A DNA stretch of 64,000 bases, taken from Candidatus Parcubacteria bacterium (lineage in GTDB: Bacteria > Patescibacteriota > Minisyncoccia > Phycocordibacterales > JAACPR01). The notes beneath the pieces are model-generated. The model was not told the DNA's origin. It did no database searches and saw only the letters and a list, made by a program, of their open reading frames with translations. The stretch is from contig JAACPR010000002.1 of the NCBI GenBank assembly GCA_009995365.1, positions 14,428 through 78,427 on the forward strand. The letters run 5' to 3'. Shown piece after piece: positions 30,614-38,389 of this stretch (position 1 is its first letter; every line of letters begins with the position of its first letter). The position numbers were made by a program, and so were the translations under genes.

Positions 30614-30868
30614 TTAATATCGACAACGCGGTCTTGGTATAGGTGGTGGACAATAGTAAACCTGTCTTATTTTAACTATGCGGTATCTACCACAACGATC
30701 ATATACTCGTCGAGGTTGATAATAGACATGTCCATAACAACGATGAGCACAAGATCCACCACTACCAATTTCTATTTTGAAATTGATCTTACTACGACCA
30801 TAACCAGCATCAACCAAATTAAAGGTTGAAAAGAATATTGCAATCAAGACTATAATGAACTTTTTCAT
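30614..30868 (-). CDS. Small secreted Arg/Tyr/Cys/Pro-rich protein
   Basis: Signal peptide, purine-rich SD (AGGAAAGGG), own terminator. Confidence 0.7.
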   Translation of the reverse strand: MKKFIIVLIAIFFSTFNLVDAGYGRSKINFKIEIGSGGSCAHRCYGHVYYQPRRVYDRCGRYRIVKIRQVYYCPPPIPRPRCRY

Positions 30869-31047
30869 TTCTTAACCCTTTCCTGTTTTGAATCATAATC
30901 GTTGATATTGGAATTGATATATCAGCTAAAAAATTATGTTTCTAATCTATTTTTTATCCTAGTATATTATTAATTAGTTCGCAATGGTTTAATAAAAAAT
31001 TCCCACTAAATTGTTTGTTTTAGTGGAAACCTTAGGAATCGAACCAA

Positions 31048-31536
31048 CTAACGATTAATCACTTTCTTGCTACTAATATGACAAATCCCCGCAGCGATAG
31101 CATCAAATTCATCGTCGATTTTAACTTCTTTCTCTAGTTTAATAAGAAGAGGAATCATTTTAATAATGGAATTTTTATCACTTCCACCATCTCCAGTAAC
31201 AGAAGTTTTAATTTGTTGTGGAGAATATTCAAAAACTTCACAACCAAAATTTTTACAAGTAGCAATTATCACACCACGAGCCTCAGCAACCATTAAAGCA
31301 GTCTTTACATTTTTATTGAAAAATAAAGTCTCAATAGATAAATCATCAGGTTTATATTCTTTCAAAACTTCTTCAATCCTTTTTTGAATTTGGGCAAGTC
31401 GGAGAGGGTGGGGGTCTGACGCTAATGTTTTAAAACATTCAGAAAATACCAGCTTTTCTTTTGTTGTGCCATCTTCTTTTTCTAATACAGCAATACCAAG
31501 TCTTTCATAACCCGGGTCTATAGCTAGAACTTTCAT
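31048..31536 (-). CDS. ruvC: Holliday junction resolvase RuvC
   Basis: LAIDPG, IETLFF, AEARGVI, DDEFDAIA. Confidence 0.94.
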   Translation of the reverse strand: MKVLAIDPGYERLGIAVLEKEDGTTKEKLVFSECFKTLASDPHPLRLAQIQKRIEEVLKEYKPDDLSIETLFFNKNVKTALMVAEARGVIIATCKNFGCEVFEYSPQQIKTSVTGDGGSDKNSIIKMIPLLIKLEKEVKIDDEFDAIAAGICHISSKKVINR

Positions 31537-31538
31537 AT

Positions 31539-32069
31539 TTATTCCGCATTAGTGTAAACCCCTTGAACATCCTCCAACTCTTCAATCGCATCAATTAATT
31601 TTCCAAGTTTCTCTCCGTCATCTTCTGAGATGGGAGCTGTAGAATTAGGTTTCCATTCTGCACCTTCTTTTGTAAAAGCCCAGCTAGCGGCACCTGGCGC
31701 AGCCAATTCGTAACCCAATTTTGAAAGGGTGTGGCGAACTTCGGCAGCAGTCCTGTTTTTATTATCAGTAAGTCCTTCGATGATAATAGCGACTCCACCT
31801 GGACCATAAGTTTCATATACTACCGCTTCCATTGCTGCGGTATCAGAATCAGTTCCTTTTTTAACAGCGCGATCAATAGTGTCTTTCGGCATGTTTTCTT
31901 TTTTGGCAGCCTCGATTGCAGTTGCAAGCGCAGGGGAATTAACATCACCATTAGCCATTTTTGATTCAGCAGTGATTAATTTAGAAAGACGAGAAAAAAT
32001 CTTACTTTTTCTAGCATCTTCCGCACCTTTTTTGTGTTTAATTTTTGACCATTTATTATGTCCTGACAT
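31539..32069 (-). CDS. yebC: YebC/PmpR family protein (short, 176 aa)
   Basis: MSGHNKWSKIKHKKG, YETYGPGG, TDNKNRT, DVQGVYTN. Confidence 0.93.
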   Translation of the reverse strand: MSGHNKWSKIKHKKGAEDARKSKIFSRLSKLITAESKMANGDVNSPALATAIEAAKKENMPKDTIDRAVKKGTDSDTAAMEAVVYETYGPGGVAIIIEGLTDNKNRTAAEVRHTLSKLGYELAAPGAASWAFTKEGAEWKPNSTAPISEDDGEKLGKLIDAIEELEDVQGVYTNAE

Positions 32070-32079
32070 AAGCGTTATT

Positions 32080-33111
32080 TTAACTAATTAATTTATTTTG
32101 TAAATTGGATGGTGGTTCCATTCCAATATGTAGGTAGGCGGCTTCTGTAGCAACGCGACCACGCGATGTTCTTTCTATAAAACCTAATTGAATTAAATAA
32201 GGCTCGTTAAATTCCTCCACAGTCGAAGGTTCCTCTGAAATAGACATCGCAAGAGTGTGAAGTCCGACAGGACCACCATTAAATTTATTAATCAAAGTAT
32301 TCAAAACAGTTTTGTCTGATTTGGAAAGTCCGACTTCATCGATATCCAACATCTCTAATGTTTTATCGACACTATCTTTGTTAAGTTCTACTTTGTGAAC
32401 CTGACAATAATCACGACATCTTTTTAACAGGTAGTTTGCAGTTCTGGGTGTCTGTCGACTTCTTTTGGCAATTTCTCTGATTGCTTCTGGATCATTATTA
32501 ACTTCTAAAATTTTAGATGATCGATCAACTATTTTTCCAATCTCTTCTTCTGTATAAAATTCTAAGCGATGAATTCCTCCTGAGAAACGAGAGCGAAGAG
32601 GAGAAGAAAGCATTGAAATTCTGGTTGTGGCAGCAATTAAAGTAAAAGAAGGAAGCTCTAGCTGAACAGTTCTAGCAGAAGGACCTTTTCCAATAACAAT
32701 ATCTAGAACACCTGACTCCATGGCAGGGTAGAGAACCTCCTCGATAGATTTATTAAGGCGGTGAATTTCGTCTATAAATAAAATATCACCAGAATTCAAG
32801 TTTGTAAGAATAGAAGCAAGGTCACCAACTTTTTCGATAGATGGACCAGAAGTAATTTTGATTTGCGAACTTGTGTGTTTTGCAATCAAGTGAGCCAAAG
32901 TCGTCTTTCCTAAACCTGGTGGACCATAAAATAAAATATGTTCAGGTGATGAGCCTCTTTGTCTAGCAGCTTCGAGTAAAATATGTAAATTTTTCTTTAT
33001 AGATTCTTGTCCGATGTATTCATCCCATGTCGAAGGACGAAGCTCTTGATCTAAAGACGAATCTGGTTTATACTCTTTTTCCTTGTTGTTTTGGGTGGTA
33101 TCACTTGACAT
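32080..33111 (-). CDS. ruvB: Holliday junction branch migration helicase RuvB
   Basis: LRPSTWDEYIGQ, GPPGLGKTTLA, FIDEIHRL, EPYLIQLGFIERTSRGR. Confidence 0.97.
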   Translation of the reverse strand: MSSDTTQNNKEKEYKPDSSLDQELRPSTWDEYIGQESIKKNLHILLEAARQRGSSPEHILFYGPPGLGKTTLAHLIAKHTSSQIKITSGPSIEKVGDLASILTNLNSGDILFIDEIHRLNKSIEEVLYPAMESGVLDIVIGKGPSARTVQLELPSFTLIAATTRISMLSSPLRSRFSGGIHRLEFYTEEEIGKIVDRSSKILEVNNDPEAIREIAKRSRQTPRTANYLLKRCRDYCQVHKVELNKDSVDKTLEMLDIDEVGLSKSDKTVLNTLINKFNGGPVGLHTLAMSISEEPSTVEEFNEPYLIQLGFIERTSRGRVATEAAYLHIGMEPPSNLQNKLIS

Positions 33112-33181
33112 AAAATTTAATTGTGTTAGTATACTATACGACTTAGCACAAAGTGTATCTTTTAAAACAGTTTAATATTTT

Positions 33182-33350
33182 TTTCGAAACCATAAATCTC
33201 TAAGCAAATTTGGTTTATCCTATCTGGTACTTTATCAAGGACGCATTTGGTAAGCAGCGCGTGTTGTTTTACTGAGGCTATCCTCAGGTATTTGCCTACC
33301 TTTTTATCTCGGTATTTAAAGGTTTTGCTTAGAGATTTATAGTTTTGAAA
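33182..33350 (-). ncRNA. Candidate structured RNA (6S-like long hairpin)
   Basis: 27-bp closing stem (33182-33208 with 33324-33350), asymmetric bubble, inner 8-bp stem GGTAGGCA/TGCTTACC (its G-U pair works only on the minus strand), terminal hairpin CTGAGG-ATAG-CCTCAG. Confidence 0.4.
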
Positions 33351-33441
33351 TATAAATCTCTACAATTTTTTAAAGTTCTCTACTACTCATACTAGTCATA
33401 TTTTATTTTAATACAACTAGTCAAAAAGTAAAAAATGTTTT

Positions 33442-35172
33442 CTACTGATTACCCGTCTCATTTTGAGATGGGTTTTCTTCTTCATCAATTTGCTCAAGTT
33501 CCAAATCAAGGTCTATAACTCTAACAACTTCTTCTAAAGTAGTTATTCCTTTTATGATTTTAACAACGCCATCTTGAGCCATAGTCATAATTCCTTGAGA
33601 TTTCGCCACTTTAGCAATTTCTCTTTCGCTAGGATTATTTTGAACAACATTCTCTATTTCTTTGCTGGTCATAATTGCTTCAAATACACCAATTCTTCCT
33701 CGGTATCCTGTTCCGTTACATTTTTCGCAACCTTCGGCTTTGTAAATTTTTCCTGTAAATTCTGGCTTATCAGGATCTGTAATATTTGAATAAATTTTCT
33801 TGATAGTTTCTAGTTCTTTACCTTCTACTTCTACTTCCTTTTTACAATGCTGGCAGACTCTTCTGACAAGTCTCTGGGCAATAGCCGCTGATAGGGCAGA
33901 TGTAATAATCTTTGGATTAATACCAAGGTCAATTAATCTGGTAAAAGCACCGGCGGCATTATTTGTGTGAAGTGTAGAGAAAACAATGTGACCAGTTAAA
34001 GCAGCGTGAATAGCAGTCTCTGCTGTTTCTTTGTCTCGAATTTCACCAACCATAATAATATCGGGGTCTTGTCTTAGGGAACTACGAAGCCCCGAAGCGA
34101 AATCGTACCCTTTCTTTTTGTCTACCTGGGTTTGAACAATTCCGTTTAGGTGGTATTCAATAGGGTCTTCAATTGTAATAATTTTAATACTTGGGCTTTT
34201 TCTTTTATTTAAGAAAGCATACAAGGCCGTAGTTTTACCAGAACCAGTAGGACCAGTGTTTAAAATCATCCCTGTAGGTTTTGCTATTTCTTCAAGTAAA
34301 ATTTTCAGAAGTTTTTCTGGAACACCAAGTTCTGTGATAGGGACAGAAATTGAATCCGGATCCAAAAGACGCATTACAATAGATTCACCATTGTTTCCAG
34401 GCAGGATAGAGGTTCTGATTTCAATTTCTTTTTCGCCAATCTTTACACTAAAGCGACCATCTTGTGCAGAATTTTTAATATTCAGTTTTAATTTTGAAAG
34501 AAGCTTTACACGAGAAAGTAAAAGATTATATGTTTCATAATCAAAACCTATAACATCAGACAAAACACCATCTAGACGAAATCTCAATCGCACTGATTCA
34601 TCTTCTGGTTCAACGTGGATATCTGATGCGTCAGCAGAAATACCGGCAGCTACAATAATTTCAACAATACGCGATATTCTGAAAGCTTTTTTCATTTGCA
34701 TCACATCTTCGATCGTTTTCTTCACTTCCTCTAAAGAATGAAGGCTACCGATCATTTTCTCTATTTCATCACTAGCTACATCCAAAGTTCCTGATTTTGA
34801 TTGTGTAGCAAAAGAAATATCCTCGTATCTACTCCATGCTCTTTCGAGGCTGGCGGTCGAAACGATGAATGGCTCTACAATATATCCACGATTTTGAAGT
34901 TCTTTCATGTGGTTATGAGCTTTTTGATTGTTGGGGGTTTGAATGGCGACGGCGATTTTCTTGTTTAGCAAGTTGAAACCGGCCATTTTTGCTTCGCGCG
35001 CTTCATCCTCTGGAATTAGGCGAAGAGCGTCTGTGTCTATTGAGACATTTGATAAGTCGGCATACTGGATACCATATTTACCAGAGAGCATTTGTGCTAA
35101 ATCTTCCTCTTCTTTCGCGTGAAGTTCTTCAAGTCTTTGATTTTGTTTTTCATCATCAAATTTGATTGGCAT
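33442..35172 (-). CDS. pilB: Type IV pilus assembly ATPase PilB / GspE family
   Basis: ASDIHVEP, QDGRF, TGPTGSGKTT, TIEDPIEY, LRQDPDIIMVGEIRD, TGHIVFSTLHTN, two CxxC. Confidence 0.92.
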   Translation of the reverse strand: MPIKFDDEKQNQRLEELHAKEEEDLAQMLSGKYGIQYADLSNVSIDTDALRLIPEDEAREAKMAGFNLLNKKIAVAIQTPNNQKAHNHMKELQNRGYIVEPFIVSTASLERAWSRYEDISFATQSKSGTLDVASDEIEKMIGSLHSLEEVKKTIEDVMQMKKAFRISRIVEIIVAAGISADASDIHVEPEDESVRLRFRLDGVLSDVIGFDYETYNLLLSRVKLLSKLKLNIKNSAQDGRFSVKIGEKEIEIRTSILPGNNGESIVMRLLDPDSISVPITELGVPEKLLKILLEEIAKPTGMILNTGPTGSGKTTALYAFLNKRKSPSIKIITIEDPIEYHLNGIVQTQVDKKKGYDFASGLRSSLRQDPDIIMVGEIRDKETAETAIHAALTGHIVFSTLHTNNAAGAFTRLIDLGINPKIITSALSAAIAQRLVRRVCQHCKKEVEVEGKELETIKKIYSNITDPDKPEFTGKIYKAEGCEKCNGTGYRGRIGVFEAIMTSKEIENVVQNNPSEREIAKVAKSQGIMTMAQDGVVKIIKGITTLEEVVRVIDLDLELEQIDEEENPSQNETGNQ

Positions 35173-35213
35173 TTGTATAGTATTATAACAGAAAGGGAAG
35201 AACTACATACGGG

Positions 35214-35242
35214 TTGACAAAAGTGATTTTTGGTGTTAGTTT
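35214..35242 (+). promoter_or_regulatory. Sigma70-type promoter
   Basis: TTGACA-N17-TAGTTT with TG extension. Confidence 0.7.
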
Positions 35243-35312
35243 TATCAATGGAACTACGGCACTTCTGCTGTGTTCATTCTCAAATCAAAATTCAAATCTG
35301 AAAGGATTTATT

Positions 35313-35945
35313 ATGAAAAATACAATGTCAGTTATTCTGCCGCTTTTTGTGGCAATCTTCATTTGTGGTCTTTTGTCCACTTCCGACTCTTCGCCGTTTG
35401 GCAATAAGACACATGAAAATGTTTCTAATCCGAGTGGCGCTGAGAAATTGGTTTTATTCCACGCCGACGGCGGGAATGAGATCGATTCAGCAACTTTGGT
35501 TGTCGAAGACTCTTCGGGTGAGCAACGAGAAATCATTGCCTCAAACGGTCAGCCATTTTTGACCGGACCCGAATATCATCATCGCCCTCAATATATTTTA
35601 GAGGAAGGTGAATGGCTAAAGGTCACTGAGGTCAAAGAATACGGCCGTTCGCTCTGTGACGAAATTTCAGCCTGTGATGAACAGGTTGCGGTTGCTGAAC
35701 CAGAGCCCGAACCAAAACCCCAGCCAACAGTTATCGAGGCAGAGCCCTGTGTTGATGAGGTTGTGGAATACAAGAAGTGTTCCAAAACTACAAAGATTAT
35801 CAGCGGCGGGTCGGACCAAATTCTGGTCTATGCATCGGTTTCACCGATGCATCCCACCTCTGTTATGGGTGGAAACCCAGATCAGGAGTTCGATGAGGCA
35901 GAATATACCCTCCATTCGCCGACAAGTGTTGCGAATGGAGATTAG
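35313..35945 (+). CDS. Secreted hypothetical protein (GC-richer cassette)
   Basis: ATG at 35313 after SD AAAGGA, signal peptide, EPEPEPKP linker. The ORF-track TTG at 35214 is the -35 box. Confidence 0.75.
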   Translation: MKNTMSVILPLFVAIFICGLLSTSDSSPFGNKTHENVSNPSGAEKLVLFHADGGNEIDSATLVVEDSSGEQREIIASNGQPFLTGPEYHHRPQYILEEGEWLKVTEVKEYGRSLCDEISACDEQVAVAEPEPEPKPQPTVIEAEPCVDEVVEYKKCSKTTKIISGGSDQILVYASVSPMHPTSVMGGNPDQEFDEAEYTLHSPTSVANGD

Positions 35946-35978
35946 TCTTAAAACAGGCTGAATTTTGGTTCATTTTAC

Positions 35979-36020
35979 AGCAACCCCACACTTTTAGTGC
36001 TTAGGGGTTGCTTTTTTTTT
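35979..36020 (+). terminator. Intrinsic terminator
   Basis: AGCAACCCC...GGGGTTGCT + T-run. Confidence 0.8.
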
Positions 36021-36123
36021 ACATTATGTTATAATACTACCAGATGAGAAGAGGTTAAGTAGCTAGCTTTATGTTAGCGATCTCTTTAAAAACTTACTGA
36101 AATCCAGAAAAGAAAGACAAATC

Positions 36124-36576
36124 ATGAAAAAGATCATTATCATATTATTCATGGTGGCTTCGGCTATCATTTTCTCAGGTTGTGCATCGTCTCAACACCC
36201 ATACGGTGGCTCTAATGCAGTCGATAAGGCTGTTGTTGGTGCCGTCTTGGGTGGTATAACCGGCGCGGTTGTTGGTCACCAATCAGGTGAGCGAGACGCA
36301 GGCGCCGCCGTTGGCGCCGCAGTTGGTGCTGTCGGTGGCTATGCCTGGGGTAACGAGCAGGACAAGCGTCTCGCTCGTCAGCAAGGCGGTGGGCAGCAGG
36401 TAATTTACCAGCAGTCCCAGCAGCCGCAGGTGATTTATCGCCAGCCTCCGCCAGCTCCGCGTCCTGTGATTCGTCGTGACTCCAGTTGGGGTCACGACCC
36501 TCGTGGAGGGTATGTCCTCCAAAGGAGAGTTGTTGTGAGGCAACATATGCCTCCGCCACCCCCTCGATGCTGGTAA
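36124..36576 (+). CDS. Glycine-zipper lipoprotein
   Basis: Lipobox IFSG-C, GAVLGGITGAVVG and GAAVGAAVGAVGG zippers, Q/P/R-rich tail. Confidence 0.82.
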   Translation: MKKIIIILFMVASAIIFSGCASSQHPYGGSNAVDKAVVGAVLGGITGAVVGHQSGERDAGAAVGAAVGAVGGYAWGNEQDKRLARQQGGGQQVIYQQSQQPQVIYRQPPPAPRPVIRRDSSWGHDPRGGYVLQRRVVVRQHMPPPPPRCW

Positions 36577-36595
36577 GCGTCACCTGAGAAATTTC

Positions 36596-36629
36596 AAGTC
36601 CTACCCAATATAAAGGGTAGGGCTTTTTT
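36596..36629 (+). terminator. Intrinsic terminator
   Basis: AAGTCCTACCC...GGGTAGGGCTT + T-run. Confidence 0.8.
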
Positions 36630-36631
36630 AC

Positions 36632-36659
36632 TTGACAAAACTGTAAAACATGATACTAT
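36632..36659 (+). promoter_or_regulatory. Sigma70-type promoter
   Basis: TTGACA-N16-TACTAT with TG extension. Confidence 0.7.
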
Positions 36660-36738
36660 TTAAATCAGAAATAAACGAGTCGCACCTTTACATAAGTTGT
36701 GATTTTCAACTATAACCATCAAACAGAGAGGAGGCCTC

Positions 36739-36972
36739 ATGGCCAGCAAGATAATCAAGACAAAAACAGAAACAGAAACATCAACCTCGGAAACGGAATT
36801 GAAAGAGTGTCCAATTTGCCACTCCGAATTCCACCCTCGAGGTTTTGCGAGTCATCTTAAGGCTTGTAAAACCAAAACAAATTCGAATTCTTCTACAAAT
36901 AAGAGTTCGAAGGCAACTCCTGTTTCTACACAAAAAAACAAAATCAGAAACCCTCAGCAAATTCAGTTATGA
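36739..36972 (+). CDS. Small protein with C2HC zinc-finger motif
   Basis: CPIC-x11-H-x3-C (CPICHSEFHPRGFASHLKAC). Strong SD GAGGAGG. ATGA overlap with the next gene. Confidence 0.7.
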   Translation: MASKIIKTKTETETSTSETELKECPICHSEFHPRGFASHLKACKTKTNSNSSTNKSSKATPVSTQKNKIRNPQQIQL

Positions 36973-37541
36973 AAAAGAAAAACAGAAATATCCTGATCGC
37001 AGCAGCTGCTGTTCTCGCCCTGTTCATTGTTGGGGCTATTGTCCTTAACAATTTCCGCGGCGCCGATGATTCGGTCCAGGTGACAAAGTCGGAAGTTTCT
37101 GAAACCGAGGCGAAAGCTGAGGTTTCTGAACCAAAAAATGACAAGCACGGTCGCGTCAGTAATGGTTCACTCAATCCGCGTTATGCCGCTGGTGAACGTC
37201 CAGACAGACCTTTAATTGTCGACTGGGAGACTAGTAGAATAACGCTTTCCAAGAAGGGTGAGCCGGTAGACGTTGTGATTTATTTTCCATTTGTTGTTTC
37301 TGAATTTGAAGTTCAGGAATGGCAAGAGGGAAAGATCGAGCCGAAGTCATACATTGGTGAGAATCCTCCGATGAACAACGTCATGGTGCATAAAGATGCG
37401 TCAGGTGTCCAAGGTGAGTGGATTAAATTCCAAGTGACCAAAGAGACACCTGACGGACTTACACCACGTCCGGGGTTGCCACGTTTCGGCGACGAAGAGT
37501 TCACATCCACTCATAAATGGGTCAAAATTCAGGAGCTCTAG
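36969..37541 (+). CDS. Membrane-anchored hypothetical protein
   Basis: Basic N-terminus plus TM helix, translationally coupled to the zinc-finger ORF. Confidence 0.75.
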   Translation: MKKKNRNILIAAAAVLALFIVGAIVLNNFRGADDSVQVTKSEVSETEAKAEVSEPKNDKHGRVSNGSLNPRYAAGERPDRPLIVDWETSRITLSKKGEPVDVVIYFPFVVSEFEVQEWQEGKIEPKSYIGENPPMNNVMVHKDASGVQGEWIKFQVTKETPDGLTPRPGLPRFGDEEFTSTHKWVKIQEL

Positions 37542-37573
37542 GGCTCCGCCCGACCAAAAGTCACAACTTACAC

Positions 37574-37610
37574 AAGCCCCGCGCACAAACAGTGCGTCGG
37601 GGCTTTTTTT
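37574..37610 (+). terminator. Intrinsic terminator
   Basis: AAGCCCCG-CGCAC...GTGCG-T-CGGGGCTT + T-run. Confidence 0.8.
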
Positions 37611-37645
37611 ATTGATTGAATCTTTAAGTTATCGCTTTAGGTGAA

Positions 37646-37739
37646 AAACCAAACCATATTACTATCGAGTTTCTTTGCAGGACTCGTTTTGATATTACTG
37701 AGTCCGAAACCAAAACGAGAGAGTAATATGGTTTGGTTT
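37646..37739. repeat. Long intergenic inverted repeat / hairpin
   Basis: Perfect 18-bp arms AAACCAAACCATATTACT / AGTAATATGGTTTGGTTT with nested stems GTTTC/GAAAC and GGACTC/GAGTCC. Confidence 0.75.
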
Positions 37740-37789
37740 GTTGATTAACTAGTAATTTTTTTAAAAAAAGATAATGTTAAAATAATAAT

Positions 37790-38341
37790 ATGGAATTCAA
37801 CATTCAATCAGAAAAAGAATTACAACAAATTGCCGATGAGTTGCAGAAGGCGCTTTTCATGAAAATGGCTCTGGAAGCTAGAACCGGCAAAGAATACGGT
37901 GCTACCACGATTGGCCTTTTTGGTGATTTAGGTTCCGGCAAGACTACTTTTACAAAATACTTTGCAAAACAATTCGGAATAAAATCAAAAGATATTATTA
38001 GTCCAACTTTTATACTTCAAAAAAGATTTGATATTTCTGATGTTAAAGAGCCTGCTGAAAAAACTTCTACTGATAAAAATAAATCTAAGAAAACAAAAAA
38101 AACTCAACGAGAAAAACCCCAACATCCTTTCAAAAATTTCTATCACCTAGATGTTTATCGAATTGATGATCCAAAAGAAATCGAATCAATCGGTTGGCGA
38201 GAAATCGCAGCTGACCCCCAAAATATTATCTTGGTTGAATGGGCGGATAAAATTCCCGACCTCTTGCCGGAAGATGTTATTAAAATTTATTTTGAATCAA
38301 CCGGCGAGACTTCACGTCGTATTAAAATTGAAATAAGTTAG
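37790..38341 (+). CDS. tsaE: tRNA threonylcarbamoyladenosine biosynthesis ATPase TsaE
   Basis: GDLGSGKTTF, SPTF, YHLDVYR, LVEWAD, plus a Lys-rich insertion. Confidence 0.93.
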   Translation: MEFNIQSEKELQQIADELQKALFMKMALEARTGKEYGATTIGLFGDLGSGKTTFTKYFAKQFGIKSKDIISPTFILQKRFDISDVKEPAEKTSTDKNKSKKTKKTQREKPQHPFKNFYHLDVYRIDDPKEIESIGWREIAADPQNIILVEWADKIPDLLPEDVIKIYFESTGETSRRIKIEIS

Positions 38342-38389
38342 AATGTATACAAGATTGAAAACTTGCGACGCGATAAATAAAAAATAAAA

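Noticed and set aside
33235-33263. SRP RNA (TCAAGG...AAGCAGC)
   Set aside because: Lacks the GNRA-capped helix 8 geometry (CAGG-N-CC-GNRA-GG-AAGCAG).
35214-35312. ORF-track TTG start for the 35945-ending gene
   Set aside because: The TTG is the -35 hexamer. SD and signal peptide support the ATG at 35313.
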